From Eubacteriales bacterium (GTDB taxonomy: Bacteria; Bacillota; Clostridia; Oscillospirales; CAG-272): a stretch of 64,000 nt of DNA. The stretch spans positions 10,546 through 74,545 of the forward strand of contig JAZOPN010000062.1 of assembly GCA_045655565.1 (NCBI GenBank), given 5' to 3'. The position numbers were made by a program, and so were the translations under genes. Below the pieces are notes generated by a model, which ran no database searches, had not been told where the DNA came from, and saw only the letters and a list, made by a program, of their open reading frames with translations. Numbering within the stretch: the stretch's first letter is position 1; each line of letters opens with the position of its first letter. Shown here piece after piece: positions 20,072-27,865 of this stretch.

Positions 20072-20487
20072 ATTTGCCCTATACGCTCCTTGAGCATTCT
20101 AATCAGTATGTCATTATCCACCACGCTGACCGTAGTGACATCAAACCTATTGTACTTTATGTTTATGTGCTCCAAAGCGCACTTTAGCGAGACCATCGAG
20201 TCGGCATAAAACCGCCTCTCCTTCCTAACTCCACGGATTTTCTCATAAGGGATTTCTTTCTTTTGTATAAGTCCGAATTTTATATATACCACTCTCTCGC
20301 GAAGCTCCACATAGCCAAACAGCGGTGTTATGAAAAAGTAGAGTGTGAAGCAATCCGCAAGTATGATAAGAATACTTGATATGAGCGCAGGATATATAAA
20401 GACGAGGGCAGTAGCGACCGCGAGGAATACCAGCGTCGGCACTGTAATAAGAAAATACATTTTATCAACAAGTGGACGAAATCTCAT
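20068..20487 (-). CDS. Membrane protein with a bacterial PH-like (YdbS/YdbT-type) domain
   Basis: Two N-terminal TM helices are followed by an ~80-aa domain (YVELRERVVYIKFGLIQKKEIPYEKIRGV). This is a weak family call. It overlaps the downstream GNAT gene by 4 nt. Confidence 0.45.
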   Translation of the reverse strand: MRFRPLVDKMYFLITVPTLVFLAVATALVFIYPALISSILIILADCFTLYFFITPLFGYVELRERVVYIKFGLIQKKEIPYEKIRGVRKERRFYADSMVSLKCALEHINIKYNRFDVTTVSVVDNDILIRMLKERIGQI

Positions 20488-20604
20488 ATCTTCTCCTATC
20501 TCACCTCGTGGTGGCGATATTTAATCTAAAGCCATTATAGCATATTTCTTGGTGATATACAATACACCAAGCTCTATAAAATGCCGATAATTTTACACGG
20601 GTAA

Positions 20605-20796
20605 CTACTTATTTTGACTGCTTCCGTCATTAATATCTAGTCTAACGAGTGTGTATTCAATAATCTTAATCAATAATCCATCATCGGTTATAACTAATTC
20701 AACCGTATTACCAAAGCCAAGCCGTTTTCGGATGTCTTTCGGAATATGTAGTCTACCTAATGAGTCTATTTCCTTAATAACGCCTAATTCCTTCAC
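20605..20796 (-). CDS. AbrB/MazE/SpoVT-type DNA-binding protein (63 aa)
   Basis: IDSLGRLHIPKDIRKRLGFGNTVELVITDDGLLI is the typical swapped-hairpin AbrB-domain pattern. Confidence 0.75.
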   Translation of the reverse strand: MKELGVIKEIDSLGRLHIPKDIRKRLGFGNTVELVITDDGLLIKIIEYTLVRLDINDGSSQNK

Positions 20797-20904
20797 AATA
20801 ATTGCCTTTCATTTTTGTATTGCACCTATATAAGTGCAAATATATTTTACCACGCGAGTATAATGATGTCAAGAGTTTGTTCTCAAATAGGTGCGAGGTA
20901 AGAT

Positions 20905-21135
20905 ATGAACGCCACAGTAGAAAGAAAAATAGGAAGCAATATACGTAGGCTTCGCGAGAGGGCGGGGCTAACACAGGAGCAGGTCGCAGCAAGGCTTCAA
21001 ACAAAGGGATGCGATATAACGAGGAGCGCTGTTGCAAAAATTGAGGTTGGGCAACGTCACCTCTACCCCGATGAAATAGTGCTCCTAAAGGAGATACTCT
21101 CGGCAGACTACGAGGAAATTTTTGATTTAGAATAA
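20905..21135 (+). CDS. XRE-family helix-turn-helix regulator (76 aa)
   Basis: IGSNIRRLRERAGLTQEQVAARL...SAVAKIEVGQR is a Cro/C1-type HTH. It is divergent from the AbrB-like gene. The shared intergenic region holds TTGCAC-N8-GTGCAA (20820-20839) and a TATAAT. Confidence 0.85.
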   Translation: MNATVERKIGSNIRRLRERAGLTQEQVAARLQTKGCDITRSAVAKIEVGQRHLYPDEIVLLKEILSADYEEIFDLE

Positions 21136-21142
21136 AACGAAA

Positions 21143-21176
21143 AGAGAGATAGCTCACAAGGGCTATCTCTCTTTTG
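21143..21176. terminator. Bidirectional intrinsic terminator (XRE gene; ancestrally also the tRNA)
   Basis: An 11-bp stem AGAGAGATAGC (21143-21153) / GCTATCTCTCT (21162-21172). There is a T-run on the plus strand (TTTTG) and one on the minus strand (TTTTCGTTTTATT). Confidence 0.8.
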
Positions 21177-21196
21177 TTGGTGGACCATCTAGGACT
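21177..21196. repeat. 20-bp direct repeat, a displaced copy of the tRNA 3' end (old att scar)
   Basis: TTGGTGGACCATCTAGGACT is identical to 36281-36300. Confidence 0.9.
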
Positions 21197-21340
21197 GCGA
21201 CTCTCGCGCGAACTGCGCGCTCAGTCAGTCACGGCTCTGACAGCCGTTTAGGCTGTCATTCACTACCGCTCCCCTTCGAGTCCCAGACGACCCAAAAGAA
21301 AAAGCCAAAATCAAACCACAAGGATCTGCTTTTGACTTTT
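21197..21340. other. 144-bp GC-rich orphan segment between two att-like repeats (probable remnant of an older insertion)
   Basis: It has no ORF. It contains the hairpins ACGGCT/AGCCGT and TGACAGCC/GGCTGTCA. It is bounded by the 20-bp repeat on the left and the 9-bp CTTGGTGGA core on the right. Confidence 0.5.
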
Positions 21341-21373
21341 CTTGGTGGAGCAAGCTTAACGAAAGTCGAACCT
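21341..21373. repeat. attL: 9-bp core CTTGGTGGA plus the left terminal inverted repeat
   Basis: CTTGGTGGA (21341-21349) also occurs at 36280-36288. CAAGCTTAACGAAAGTCGAACCT (21351-21373) is the reverse complement of 36261-36283 with one mismatch. Confidence 0.8.
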
Positions 21374-21460
21374 TGATCTTTAATAGCAATCAGCCTGCTG
21401 CTTTTCGCTGAAAAAGTGTGAATAGAGTGAATAAAAAGTGAAAAAATACTGAAAATTCAC

Positions 21461-21490
21461 TTGACAAGCGTACTATCGTGCGTATATAAT
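21461..21490 (+). promoter_or_regulatory. Promoter of the first island gene, preceded by phased GTGAAWA repeats
   Basis: TTGACA (21461-21466), an 18-nt spacer, then TATAAT (21485-21490). GTGAATA, GTGAATA, GTGAAAA and CTGAAAA start at 21418, 21427, 21438 and 21449. Confidence 0.6.
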
Positions 21491-21522
21491 ATGTTTAGAT
21501 TATTATGTGGAGGTATCGGGTT

Positions 21523-22824
21523 ATGAACTTCGAAACTGAAAATATTGAATTCAAACTGCAATTTACCGAGGATTTATACAAGGAGGTAATTGCTTTCGCT
21601 AACACCGATGGTGGCGTCATCTATATTGGAATTAACAATGACGGAGAGGCTGTCGGAATAGATAACGTTGATGAGAATTATACCCGCATCACAAACGGAA
21701 TCCGTGATGCGATAATGCCTGACGTTACCATGTTCGTGCGATATACAATTCAGGAGAACAAGGTTGTTAAAATTTCGGTCGGCGAGGGCTCGTGTAAGCC
21801 TTACTATTTAAAGTCAAAGGGACTTAAGCCCAGCGGTGTATTTGTCAGACAAGGTACATCCACTGCTCCCGCATCTCCCGAACAGATACGTGCGATGATA
21901 AAAGAGTCGGATGGCGACAATTTTGAGGCTATGCGTTCTATGAATCAAGACTTAACCTTCGAGAATGCAAAATCGGCGTTCAAAAAATATGGTATTGAGT
22001 TCGCCGAAAATAAGTATAGAGCATTAGGTGTCACACATCCCACCGAGGAGCTATACACCAATCTTGCCCTTATTATCTCGGATCAGTGCTCCCACACGAC
22101 CAAGGTTGCTGTGTTTGGAGATGATGCGAACACCGAGTTTAGGGATAGCAAGGAGTTCGGTGGCTCAATATTCAAGCAGCTTGACGATACCTATTCGTAT
22201 TTAACCTTGTGCAACAAAAAGGTTGCAATCTTCCAGGGGCTTGAAAGAATAGAAAAGGCAGATTACCCGGATGCGGCTCTTCGAGAGGCATTACTCAATG
22301 CCCTCGTTCACAGAGATTATAGCTTTAGCGGCAGTGTCATTATAAACATTAACGATAATGAAATGGAATTTATCTCCATAGGCGGACTTCTTCCCGGACT
22401 TTCCCCTGATGATATCCGTAGCGGTATTTCTCAGCCGAGAAATAAAAATCTTGCTGATATATTCCATCGCTTGCATCTTATTGAGTCATATGGAACAGGT
22501 ATAAGAAAAATATATAATCTCTATGCTGATTGCTCCATTCAACCTCGAATTGAGGTTACCTCGAATACCTTTAAAATCATTCTTCCCAATATGAATGGTG
22601 CGAAGGTATCAAACTTACAATTCCCTGCAATCCTTGCAATATCCCCGCAAAAGCAAACCATACTTGACTTTATTGGCAAAAACGGTTTTGTTACCGAACA
22701 GCAAATTATGGAACTAGTGAATGTAAAAAAGACAAGAGCATATAACATAGTTAAAGAAATGTGTGCCGAAGGACTGATCAAACCGATCGGCCGCGGAAGT
22801 GCTAAAAGATATGTGCGAGCATAA
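21523..22824 (+). CDS. AlbA_2 (Schlafen-like) plus HATPase_c_4 plus C-terminal wHTH protein ('RecG-like' putative regulator)
   Basis: The ATG at 21523 follows GGAGG. ENIEFKLQFTEDLYKEVIAFANTDGGVIYIGINNDGEAVGI is AlbA_2-like. ALREALLNALVHRDYSFSG is the HATPase_c_4-like block. The C-terminal ILDFIGKNGFVTEQQIMELVNVKKTRAYNIVKEM is wHTH-like. Confidence 0.7.
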   Translation: MNFETENIEFKLQFTEDLYKEVIAFANTDGGVIYIGINNDGEAVGIDNVDENYTRITNGIRDAIMPDVTMFVRYTIQENKVVKISVGEGSCKPYYLKSKGLKPSGVFVRQGTSTAPASPEQIRAMIKESDGDNFEAMRSMNQDLTFENAKSAFKKYGIEFAENKYRALGVTHPTEELYTNLALIISDQCSHTTKVAVFGDDANTEFRDSKEFGGSIFKQLDDTYSYLTLCNKKVAIFQGLERIEKADYPDAALREALLNALVHRDYSFSGSVIININDNEMEFISIGGLLPGLSPDDIRSGISQPRNKNLADIFHRLHLIESYGTGIRKIYNLYADCSIQPRIEVTSNTFKIILPNMNGAKVSNLQFPAILAISPQKQTILDFIGKNGFVTEQQIMELVNVKKTRAYNIVKEMCAEGLIKPIGRGSAKRYVRA

Positions 22825-22854
22825 AAAGATGGTTGATAGATAAGGAAAACAATT

Positions 22855-25299
22855 ATGGCAATCAAAAAGAATGAATTATATAGCTCGCTGTGGGCAAGCT
22901 GCGATAAACTTCGCGGAGGTATGGATGCTTCGCAGTACAAGGATTACATCCTTACCCTTCTGTTCGTAAAGTATGTAACAGATAAGTTTAAGGGTGTTAA
23001 ATATGCAGATATCACCGTTCCCGAAGGTGGTAGCTTTGATGATATCGTAGCACTTAAAAATAACCCTAATATTGGCGAGGAAATGGATAAAGTTATTGCT
23101 AAACTTGCAGAAGCAGGTAGCAATCAGCTTCATGGAGTTATAGACAATGCCCACTTCAACGATGAATCTAAGCTTGGCAAAGGTCAGGAAATGGTAGACA
23201 AGCTTACCGGACTTATCGGTATTTTCCAGCGCCCCGAGTTTGACTTTAAAAATAACAAAGCGAACGGCGATGACATTCTCGGTGATGCCTACGAATATCT
23301 CATGCGCAACTTTGCAACCGAAAGCGGCAAGAGCAAAGGACAGTTCTACACTCCTGCCGAGGTTTCCCGTATTCTTGCTAAGGTTATAGGTATCGATAAG
23401 GTTGACGATCCCGACACATCCGTCTACGACCCTGCGTGCGGTTCGGGCTCACTCCTTATCCGCGCAGCCGATGAAGCACCTATTGACGTTGCAATTTATG
23501 GTCAGGAGAAGGAAATTACAACCGCAGGCCTTGCGAAGATGAACCTCGTTCTCCATAACAAAGCAACCGGCGAGATTTATGCAGGAAACACCTTCGCTGA
23601 TCCTAAATATAGAGATGAACACGACAACGACGTGCTTCGTCGCTTCGATTTCATTGTTGCAAACCCGCCCTTCTCACTCAAGAACTGGACAGATGGCCTT
23701 AAAGAGTTCGGTAGATTTGACGGATACGGAGACAGACCTCCCGAAAAGAACGGCGACTTCGCATGGATGCTTCATATTCTTAAATCCTTAAAGCAAACCG
23801 GAAAAGCAGCCGTTATTCTTCCTCACGGAGTTTTGTTCAGAGGAAATGCTGAAGCAACGATACGCAGAACCATTATTGACAAGGGTTATATCAAAGGCAT
23901 TATAGGTCTTCCCGCCAACCTTTTCTATGGCACAGGTATACCTGCGTGTATCATAGTTATCGATAAAGAGGATGCCGACGAGCGCGAAGGCATCTTTATG
24001 ATCGATGCAAGTCGCGGATTTGTTAAGGATGGAAACAAGAACCGTCTTCGTGAGCAGGACATTTACAAGATCGTAACCACGTTTAACGAACAGATCACAA
24101 CCGATCCAAAGTATGCTCGTTTTGTACCCAACGACGAGATAAAGATTAAGAACGATTACAATCTTAATATCCCTCGCTACATAGATAGCTCAATACCCGA
24201 AGATCTCCAGGATATAGATGCACATCTGCATGGTGGAATCCCCGCTATTGATGTTGATTCTATGGAGAAGTATTGGAGTCTTTTCCCGAAGCTTAAGGAA
24301 AAGCTCTTCTCCCCGTTACGCGAGGGTTATTATCAGCTTAACGTTCCCAAGGACGAAGTTCGTATCACCGTTTATGCAGATGATGAGTTCTCAGCATACT
24401 CTGAACGCATTGATATGGCATTTGACGCATGGACAAACGATGTGGACAAAGGTTTACGTAATATAGATGAGTTCGTAGAGATCAAAAAATACATTGTAGA
24501 GCTTTCAGAAATCCTCATCGCAAAATATGCTGATATCGAGCTTGTAGACAAGTATGACGTATATCAGGTGCTCCTTTCCTATTGGCAGGAAGTAATGGCT
24601 GATGACGTTTACGTGCTTGTCCAGGACGGATATGAGGCAGGTCGTGAAACCGAGGATATTTACGAGATTTCCGAGGACAAAAAGACCAAGAAGGAAAAGA
24701 GAAAGTACAAAGGGTGGGAAGGCAAGCTCATACCCAAAGCTTTGATAGAAGCGGCGTTCTTTGCTGAGGAGCGTCAAAAGATAAACGATGCACAAGCTAT
24801 CGCTGAAGCAACAGAAGCACGCATTGAGGAGTTGGAAGAAGAATACACAGCAGAAGACGGCATTCTCGCCGATTGCTTAAACGATAAGGCTGCTGTAGAT
24901 GAAAAAGCGGTTAAGGCAAAACTTAAAGAGCTGAAAAAATCAGCTCCTAAAAGCGAAGAGCATTCGATTCTTTGCGAGTACATCGAGCTTTGCGACAAGG
25001 CAAAGGATTATAATAAGATAGTTAAAGAGTTGAATGCCGCCCTTGATGAAGCATGCAAAGCGAAGTATGAAGATCTTACTATCGACGAAATCAAGGAGCT
25101 TCTTATCAATCGTAAGTGGTACTATACCATATTTAAGGGAATCAAGGAACTCTACGTAACCACATCGCATGAAATTGCAGGTCGCATTGCAGAACTTGCC
25201 GAAAGATACGAGGATACTCTGCCGAACCTTGAAAGCGATGTAAATACTTATGAAGCAAAAGTCAAAGCACATCTTGAGAGGATGGGATTTGTATGGTAA
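22855..25299 (+). CDS. hsdM: Type I R-M system methyltransferase subunit, long form (814 aa)
   Basis: It has an HsdM N-terminal block (LWASCDKLRGGMDASQYKDYILTLLFVKY), motif I VYDPACGSGSLL and motif IV FIVANPPFS. An extra ~300-aa C-terminal region has a charged coiled-coil-like stretch. Confidence 0.95.
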   Translation: MAIKKNELYSSLWASCDKLRGGMDASQYKDYILTLLFVKYVTDKFKGVKYADITVPEGGSFDDIVALKNNPNIGEEMDKVIAKLAEAGSNQLHGVIDNAHFNDESKLGKGQEMVDKLTGLIGIFQRPEFDFKNNKANGDDILGDAYEYLMRNFATESGKSKGQFYTPAEVSRILAKVIGIDKVDDPDTSVYDPACGSGSLLIRAADEAPIDVAIYGQEKEITTAGLAKMNLVLHNKATGEIYAGNTFADPKYRDEHDNDVLRRFDFIVANPPFSLKNWTDGLKEFGRFDGYGDRPPEKNGDFAWMLHILKSLKQTGKAAVILPHGVLFRGNAEATIRRTIIDKGYIKGIIGLPANLFYGTGIPACIIVIDKEDADEREGIFMIDASRGFVKDGNKNRLREQDIYKIVTTFNEQITTDPKYARFVPNDEIKIKNDYNLNIPRYIDSSIPEDLQDIDAHLHGGIPAIDVDSMEKYWSLFPKLKEKLFSPLREGYYQLNVPKDEVRITVYADDEFSAYSERIDMAFDAWTNDVDKGLRNIDEFVEIKKYIVELSEILIAKYADIELVDKYDVYQVLLSYWQEVMADDVYVLVQDGYEAGRETEDIYEISEDKKTKKEKRKYKGWEGKLIPKALIEAAFFAEERQKINDAQAIAEATEARIEELEEEYTAEDGILADCLNDKAAVDEKAVKAKLKELKKSAPKSEEHSILCEYIELCDKAKDYNKIVKELNAALDEACKAKYEDLTIDEIKELLINRKWYYTIFKGIKELYVTTSHEIAGRIAELAERYEDTLPNLESDVNTYEAKVKAHLERMGFVW

Positions 25300-27140
25300 A
25301 GCAAGGATATAAGCAAACGGAAGTGGGCTTGATTCCGGAAGATTGGGATATAAGGAAAATTGGCGATTTCACGGATGCAACCGCTGGAGGAACTCCAAGC
25401 ACCGCTCATACTGAATATTGGAATGGCGAAATTCTTTGGATGAGTTCTGGAGAATTAAATAACAGAAGGATTCATAACGTACTTGGTAGAATAACGGAAG
25501 TTGGTTATAACAACTCCAGTACACATATGATACCAAAGAATTGTGTGCTAGTCGGATTGGCGGGTCAAGGAAAGACTAGAGGAACAGTTGCCATAAATTA
25601 TGTAGAGTTATGCACAAATCAATCCATTGCTGCAATTTTTCCGTCAAAAGAACATGACTCGGAATACCTGTATCAAAATTTATTGAGCAGATACGAAGAG
25701 TTGCGTGAATTGTCTTCTGGTGATGGCGGCAGAGGAGGATTAAATCTTACAATCATTAAAAACTTTTCCTGTGCTTTCCCAAAATTACAAGAACAAAACC
25801 AAATTGCCGAGGCACTTTTGGATGTGGATAGCATGATCTCCTCTCTTGAAAAACTGATTGCGAAGAAAAAAGCCATCAAGCAAGGTGCAATGCAGGAACT
25901 GCTCATAGGTAAAAAACGCTTGCCCGGATTTACTGGGGAGTGGAAAGATTTCACTATAGGTAAAATGGGGGAGTTTTATAGCGGTCTATTTGGCAAGAGC
26001 AAGAAGGATTTTGATTTTGGAAAAGCACGATATATAACATTCCTAAATGTTTTATCGAATGTGAAAATTGACACATCAATACTAGCCCCTGTTGATGTCA
26101 GAGAAAACGAATCTCAGAATGCTGTTAAAAAGGGAGATTTGTTTTTCAATACATCTTCTGAAACTCCTGAAGAAGTAGGTATGTGTGCTGTTTTAGATGA
26201 AGACCTTGATAACACCTATCTTAACAGTTTTTGCTTTGGTTTTAGATTGACGGATAGCAACCATAATCCATTGTTCTTATCCTATTATTTGAATAGTGAG
26301 ATTGGAAGAAAAATAATGAGTGTTTTGGCGCAGGGAGCAACAAGATATAACTTGTCAAAAAACAACTTTGCAGAAACAATCATAAGATTGCCTAACAAAG
26401 ATGAACAAACTGCAATTGCCTCTATTCTCTCCGATATGGATAATGAAATTGAAGCATTAAAGCGGAAACTAAACAAAACCCGCCATGTTAAGCAAGGTAT
26501 GATGCAGCAACTGCTAACAGGAAAAATTAGACTTGTTTCAGCAAGCGCAGATAACAAGCCTATTGAGGTTGTATCGAAGCCACGCCACAACCATCAGTTT
26601 GATGATGCAGTTGTAATAGCAGCTATTGTAAACGCATTTTATGCCGATACGTTACCCCTCGGCAGAAAAAAGGTGCAGAAGCTTTTATATCTTCTGCGAC
26701 GAAAACAAGAAGCCGACACCTCTTCATTTAAGAAAAAGGCCGCGGGACCTTATGCCGACGAAGTTCGCTATAAGGGTGGTGAACCTATTGCAGTTCGTAG
26801 TAAGTATGTTGAGAAAAAGCAAGGGCCGAAAGGCACCACCTTCTCAAAAGGTGAAAATATAGAATCGGCTCTTGAGTACATTGAGAAATGGGAAATGACC
26901 GACGATATCAATTGGCTCGTTTCGACGTTCAAATACACTAAAACCACCGATCTCGAGTTGTTCGCTACCATCGATATGGCAATGTGCGATTTGATAAACG
27001 CAGGAGAGCAAGTTTCAGTGGCATCGATTAAAAATCTTATCGCATCTAACAAAGAATGGAAAGATAAGTTGTCAAAAACCTACTTTTCCGATAACGATAT
27101 AGCAAGAGCAATAAGATTCTGTCAAAATACATTCAATTAA
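25293..27140 (+). CDS. hsdS: Type I R-M specificity subunit fused to a ~200-aa C-terminal Panacea/DUF4065-like domain
   Basis: Two TRDs are separated by the conserved helices LQEQNQIAEALLDVDSMISSLEKLIAKKKAIKQGAMQELL and KDEQTAIASILSDMDNEIEALKRKLNKTRHVKQGMMQQLLTGKIRL. The ORF then continues for ~200 aa (from nt 26538) with ...LPLGRKKVQKLLYLLRRK...AAGPYADEV... It overlaps hsdM by 7 nt. Confidence 0.9.
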   Translation: MVKQGYKQTEVGLIPEDWDIRKIGDFTDATAGGTPSTAHTEYWNGEILWMSSGELNNRRIHNVLGRITEVGYNNSSTHMIPKNCVLVGLAGQGKTRGTVAINYVELCTNQSIAAIFPSKEHDSEYLYQNLLSRYEELRELSSGDGGRGGLNLTIIKNFSCAFPKLQEQNQIAEALLDVDSMISSLEKLIAKKKAIKQGAMQELLIGKKRLPGFTGEWKDFTIGKMGEFYSGLFGKSKKDFDFGKARYITFLNVLSNVKIDTSILAPVDVRENESQNAVKKGDLFFNTSSETPEEVGMCAVLDEDLDNTYLNSFCFGFRLTDSNHNPLFLSYYLNSEIGRKIMSVLAQGATRYNLSKNNFAETIIRLPNKDEQTAIASILSDMDNEIEALKRKLNKTRHVKQGMMQQLLTGKIRLVSASADNKPIEVVSKPRHNHQFDDAVVIAAIVNAFYADTLPLGRKKVQKLLYLLRRKQEADTSSFKKKAAGPYADEVRYKGGEPIAVRSKYVEKKQGPKGTTFSKGENIESALEYIEKWEMTDDINWLVSTFKYTKTTDLELFATIDMAMCDLINAGEQVSVASIKNLIASNKEWKDKLSKTYFSDNDIARAIRFCQNTFN

Positions 27141-27151
27141 GAAAGGCATAT

Positions 27152-27466
27152 ATGAAAAGATCAGCAACAAGTATTATAGCAGCATTAGTTTTTATTCTTT
27201 TGTTCGGTGGATGGGGAATGTTTGCCGAAGCACTTGGCGTAATAGGAGAGGTGTTTATTGCCTTCTTCCCGGTTTTCTTCAACGTAGCTAAAAGTTCGAT
27301 TGAGGACTATCTGGCTTCCCCATATTTTATAACTGGAGTTGTTATGTCTATAGCTTCTGCCTTTGGCATCTGGTTTGGTGCTAAAGGCGGAAAGTTGCTG
27401 TTCTTGGTTATCTCAATAATCTGTGAAGTTATAAGCCTTGCAAGTATTTTAATGAATGTTATTTGA
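27152..27466 (+). CDS. Small membrane protein with four hydrophobic segments (104 aa), no family recognised
   Basis: It starts 11 nt after the hsdS stop, behind GAAAGG. The hydrophobic segments are SIIAALVFILLFGGWGMF, LGVIGEVFIAFFPVFF, YFITGVVMSIASAFGIWFG and LLFLVISIICEVISLASILMNVI. Confidence 0.6.
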   Translation: MKRSATSIIAALVFILLFGGWGMFAEALGVIGEVFIAFFPVFFNVAKSSIEDYLASPYFITGVVMSIASAFGIWFGAKGGKLLFLVISIICEVISLASILMNVI

Positions 27467-27520
27467 CTTTCACCAGTATAAATAATTAATCACGATTTCA
27501 TATAATAAGGAGATGATCAT

Positions 27521-27859
27521 ATGAAAATAGATATTAAGAATGGTGATTTAGTATTATTCAAATCCGATACCATTATAGTTCACGAAAGTTCGGATGTTTC
27601 CTTAACATTTGACGAAGAACTTACACTAACTTTTCGATTCATCGAAGATTCAACTACGAAAGATCAAAAGATGGAGTTTGTTCCTCAAGATAAAACAGTA
27701 ATAATTAAGCTGGTTAATTTTAACAATCCAATTGGAACTACTACATCAAATCATATTCCTTTTGCTACGGCTGATGATAAAGATCTATACATTTCTTTTG
27801 CTATTTATTCAGTAGGAAAATCTAAAGTTCTCCATTACAATATTTATACAGAGCAGTAA
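27521..27859 (+). CDS. Small soluble beta-rich protein (112 aa), no family recognised
   Basis: A strong RBS AAGGAG lies 8 nt upstream. The alternating pattern (DLVLFKSDTIIVHESSDVSLTFDEELTLTFRFIED...VIIKLVNF...LYISFAIYSVGKSKVLHYNIY) suggests a beta-sandwich-type fold. It has no TM segment. Confidence 0.65.
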   Translation: MKIDIKNGDLVLFKSDTIIVHESSDVSLTFDEELTLTFRFIEDSTTKDQKMEFVPQDKTVIIKLVNFNNPIGTTTSNHIPFATADDKDLYISFAIYSVGKSKVLHYNIYTEQ

Positions 27860-27865
27860 AGGATA

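Noticed and set aside
20605-21135. The AbrB-like/XRE pair as a toxin-antitoxin or part of the defence island.
   Set aside because: No toxin-sized partner ORF is present and the genes are divergent rather than operonic. They also lie outside both att repeats. I kept them as ordinary small regulators, possibly from an older islet.
21270-21300. A tRNA-like T-loop sequence CCTTCGAGTCCCAG in the 144-bp orphan segment.
   Set aside because: The flanking bases do not form a T-stem, and no acceptor or anticodon arms can be drawn.
21341-21373. An interpretation of the 23-bp inverted repeats plus the 9-bp CTTGGTGGA as transposon TIRs with a target-site duplication.
   Set aside because: The 9-bp repeat overlaps the right inverted repeat by 4 bp and is offset by 1 nt on the left, so it is not a clean flanking duplication. 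There is no transposase, while a large serine recombinase sits next to attR. A palindromic attP split by site-specific recombination explains the geometry better.
25293-27140. Phase-variable hsdS, by inverted partial hsdS copies, a shufflon or simple-sequence repeats.
   Set aside because: I found no second hsdS fragment, no inverted TRD-flanking repeats and no homopolymer or short tandem tracts in hsdS or hsdM. The only recombinase is the element's integrase.
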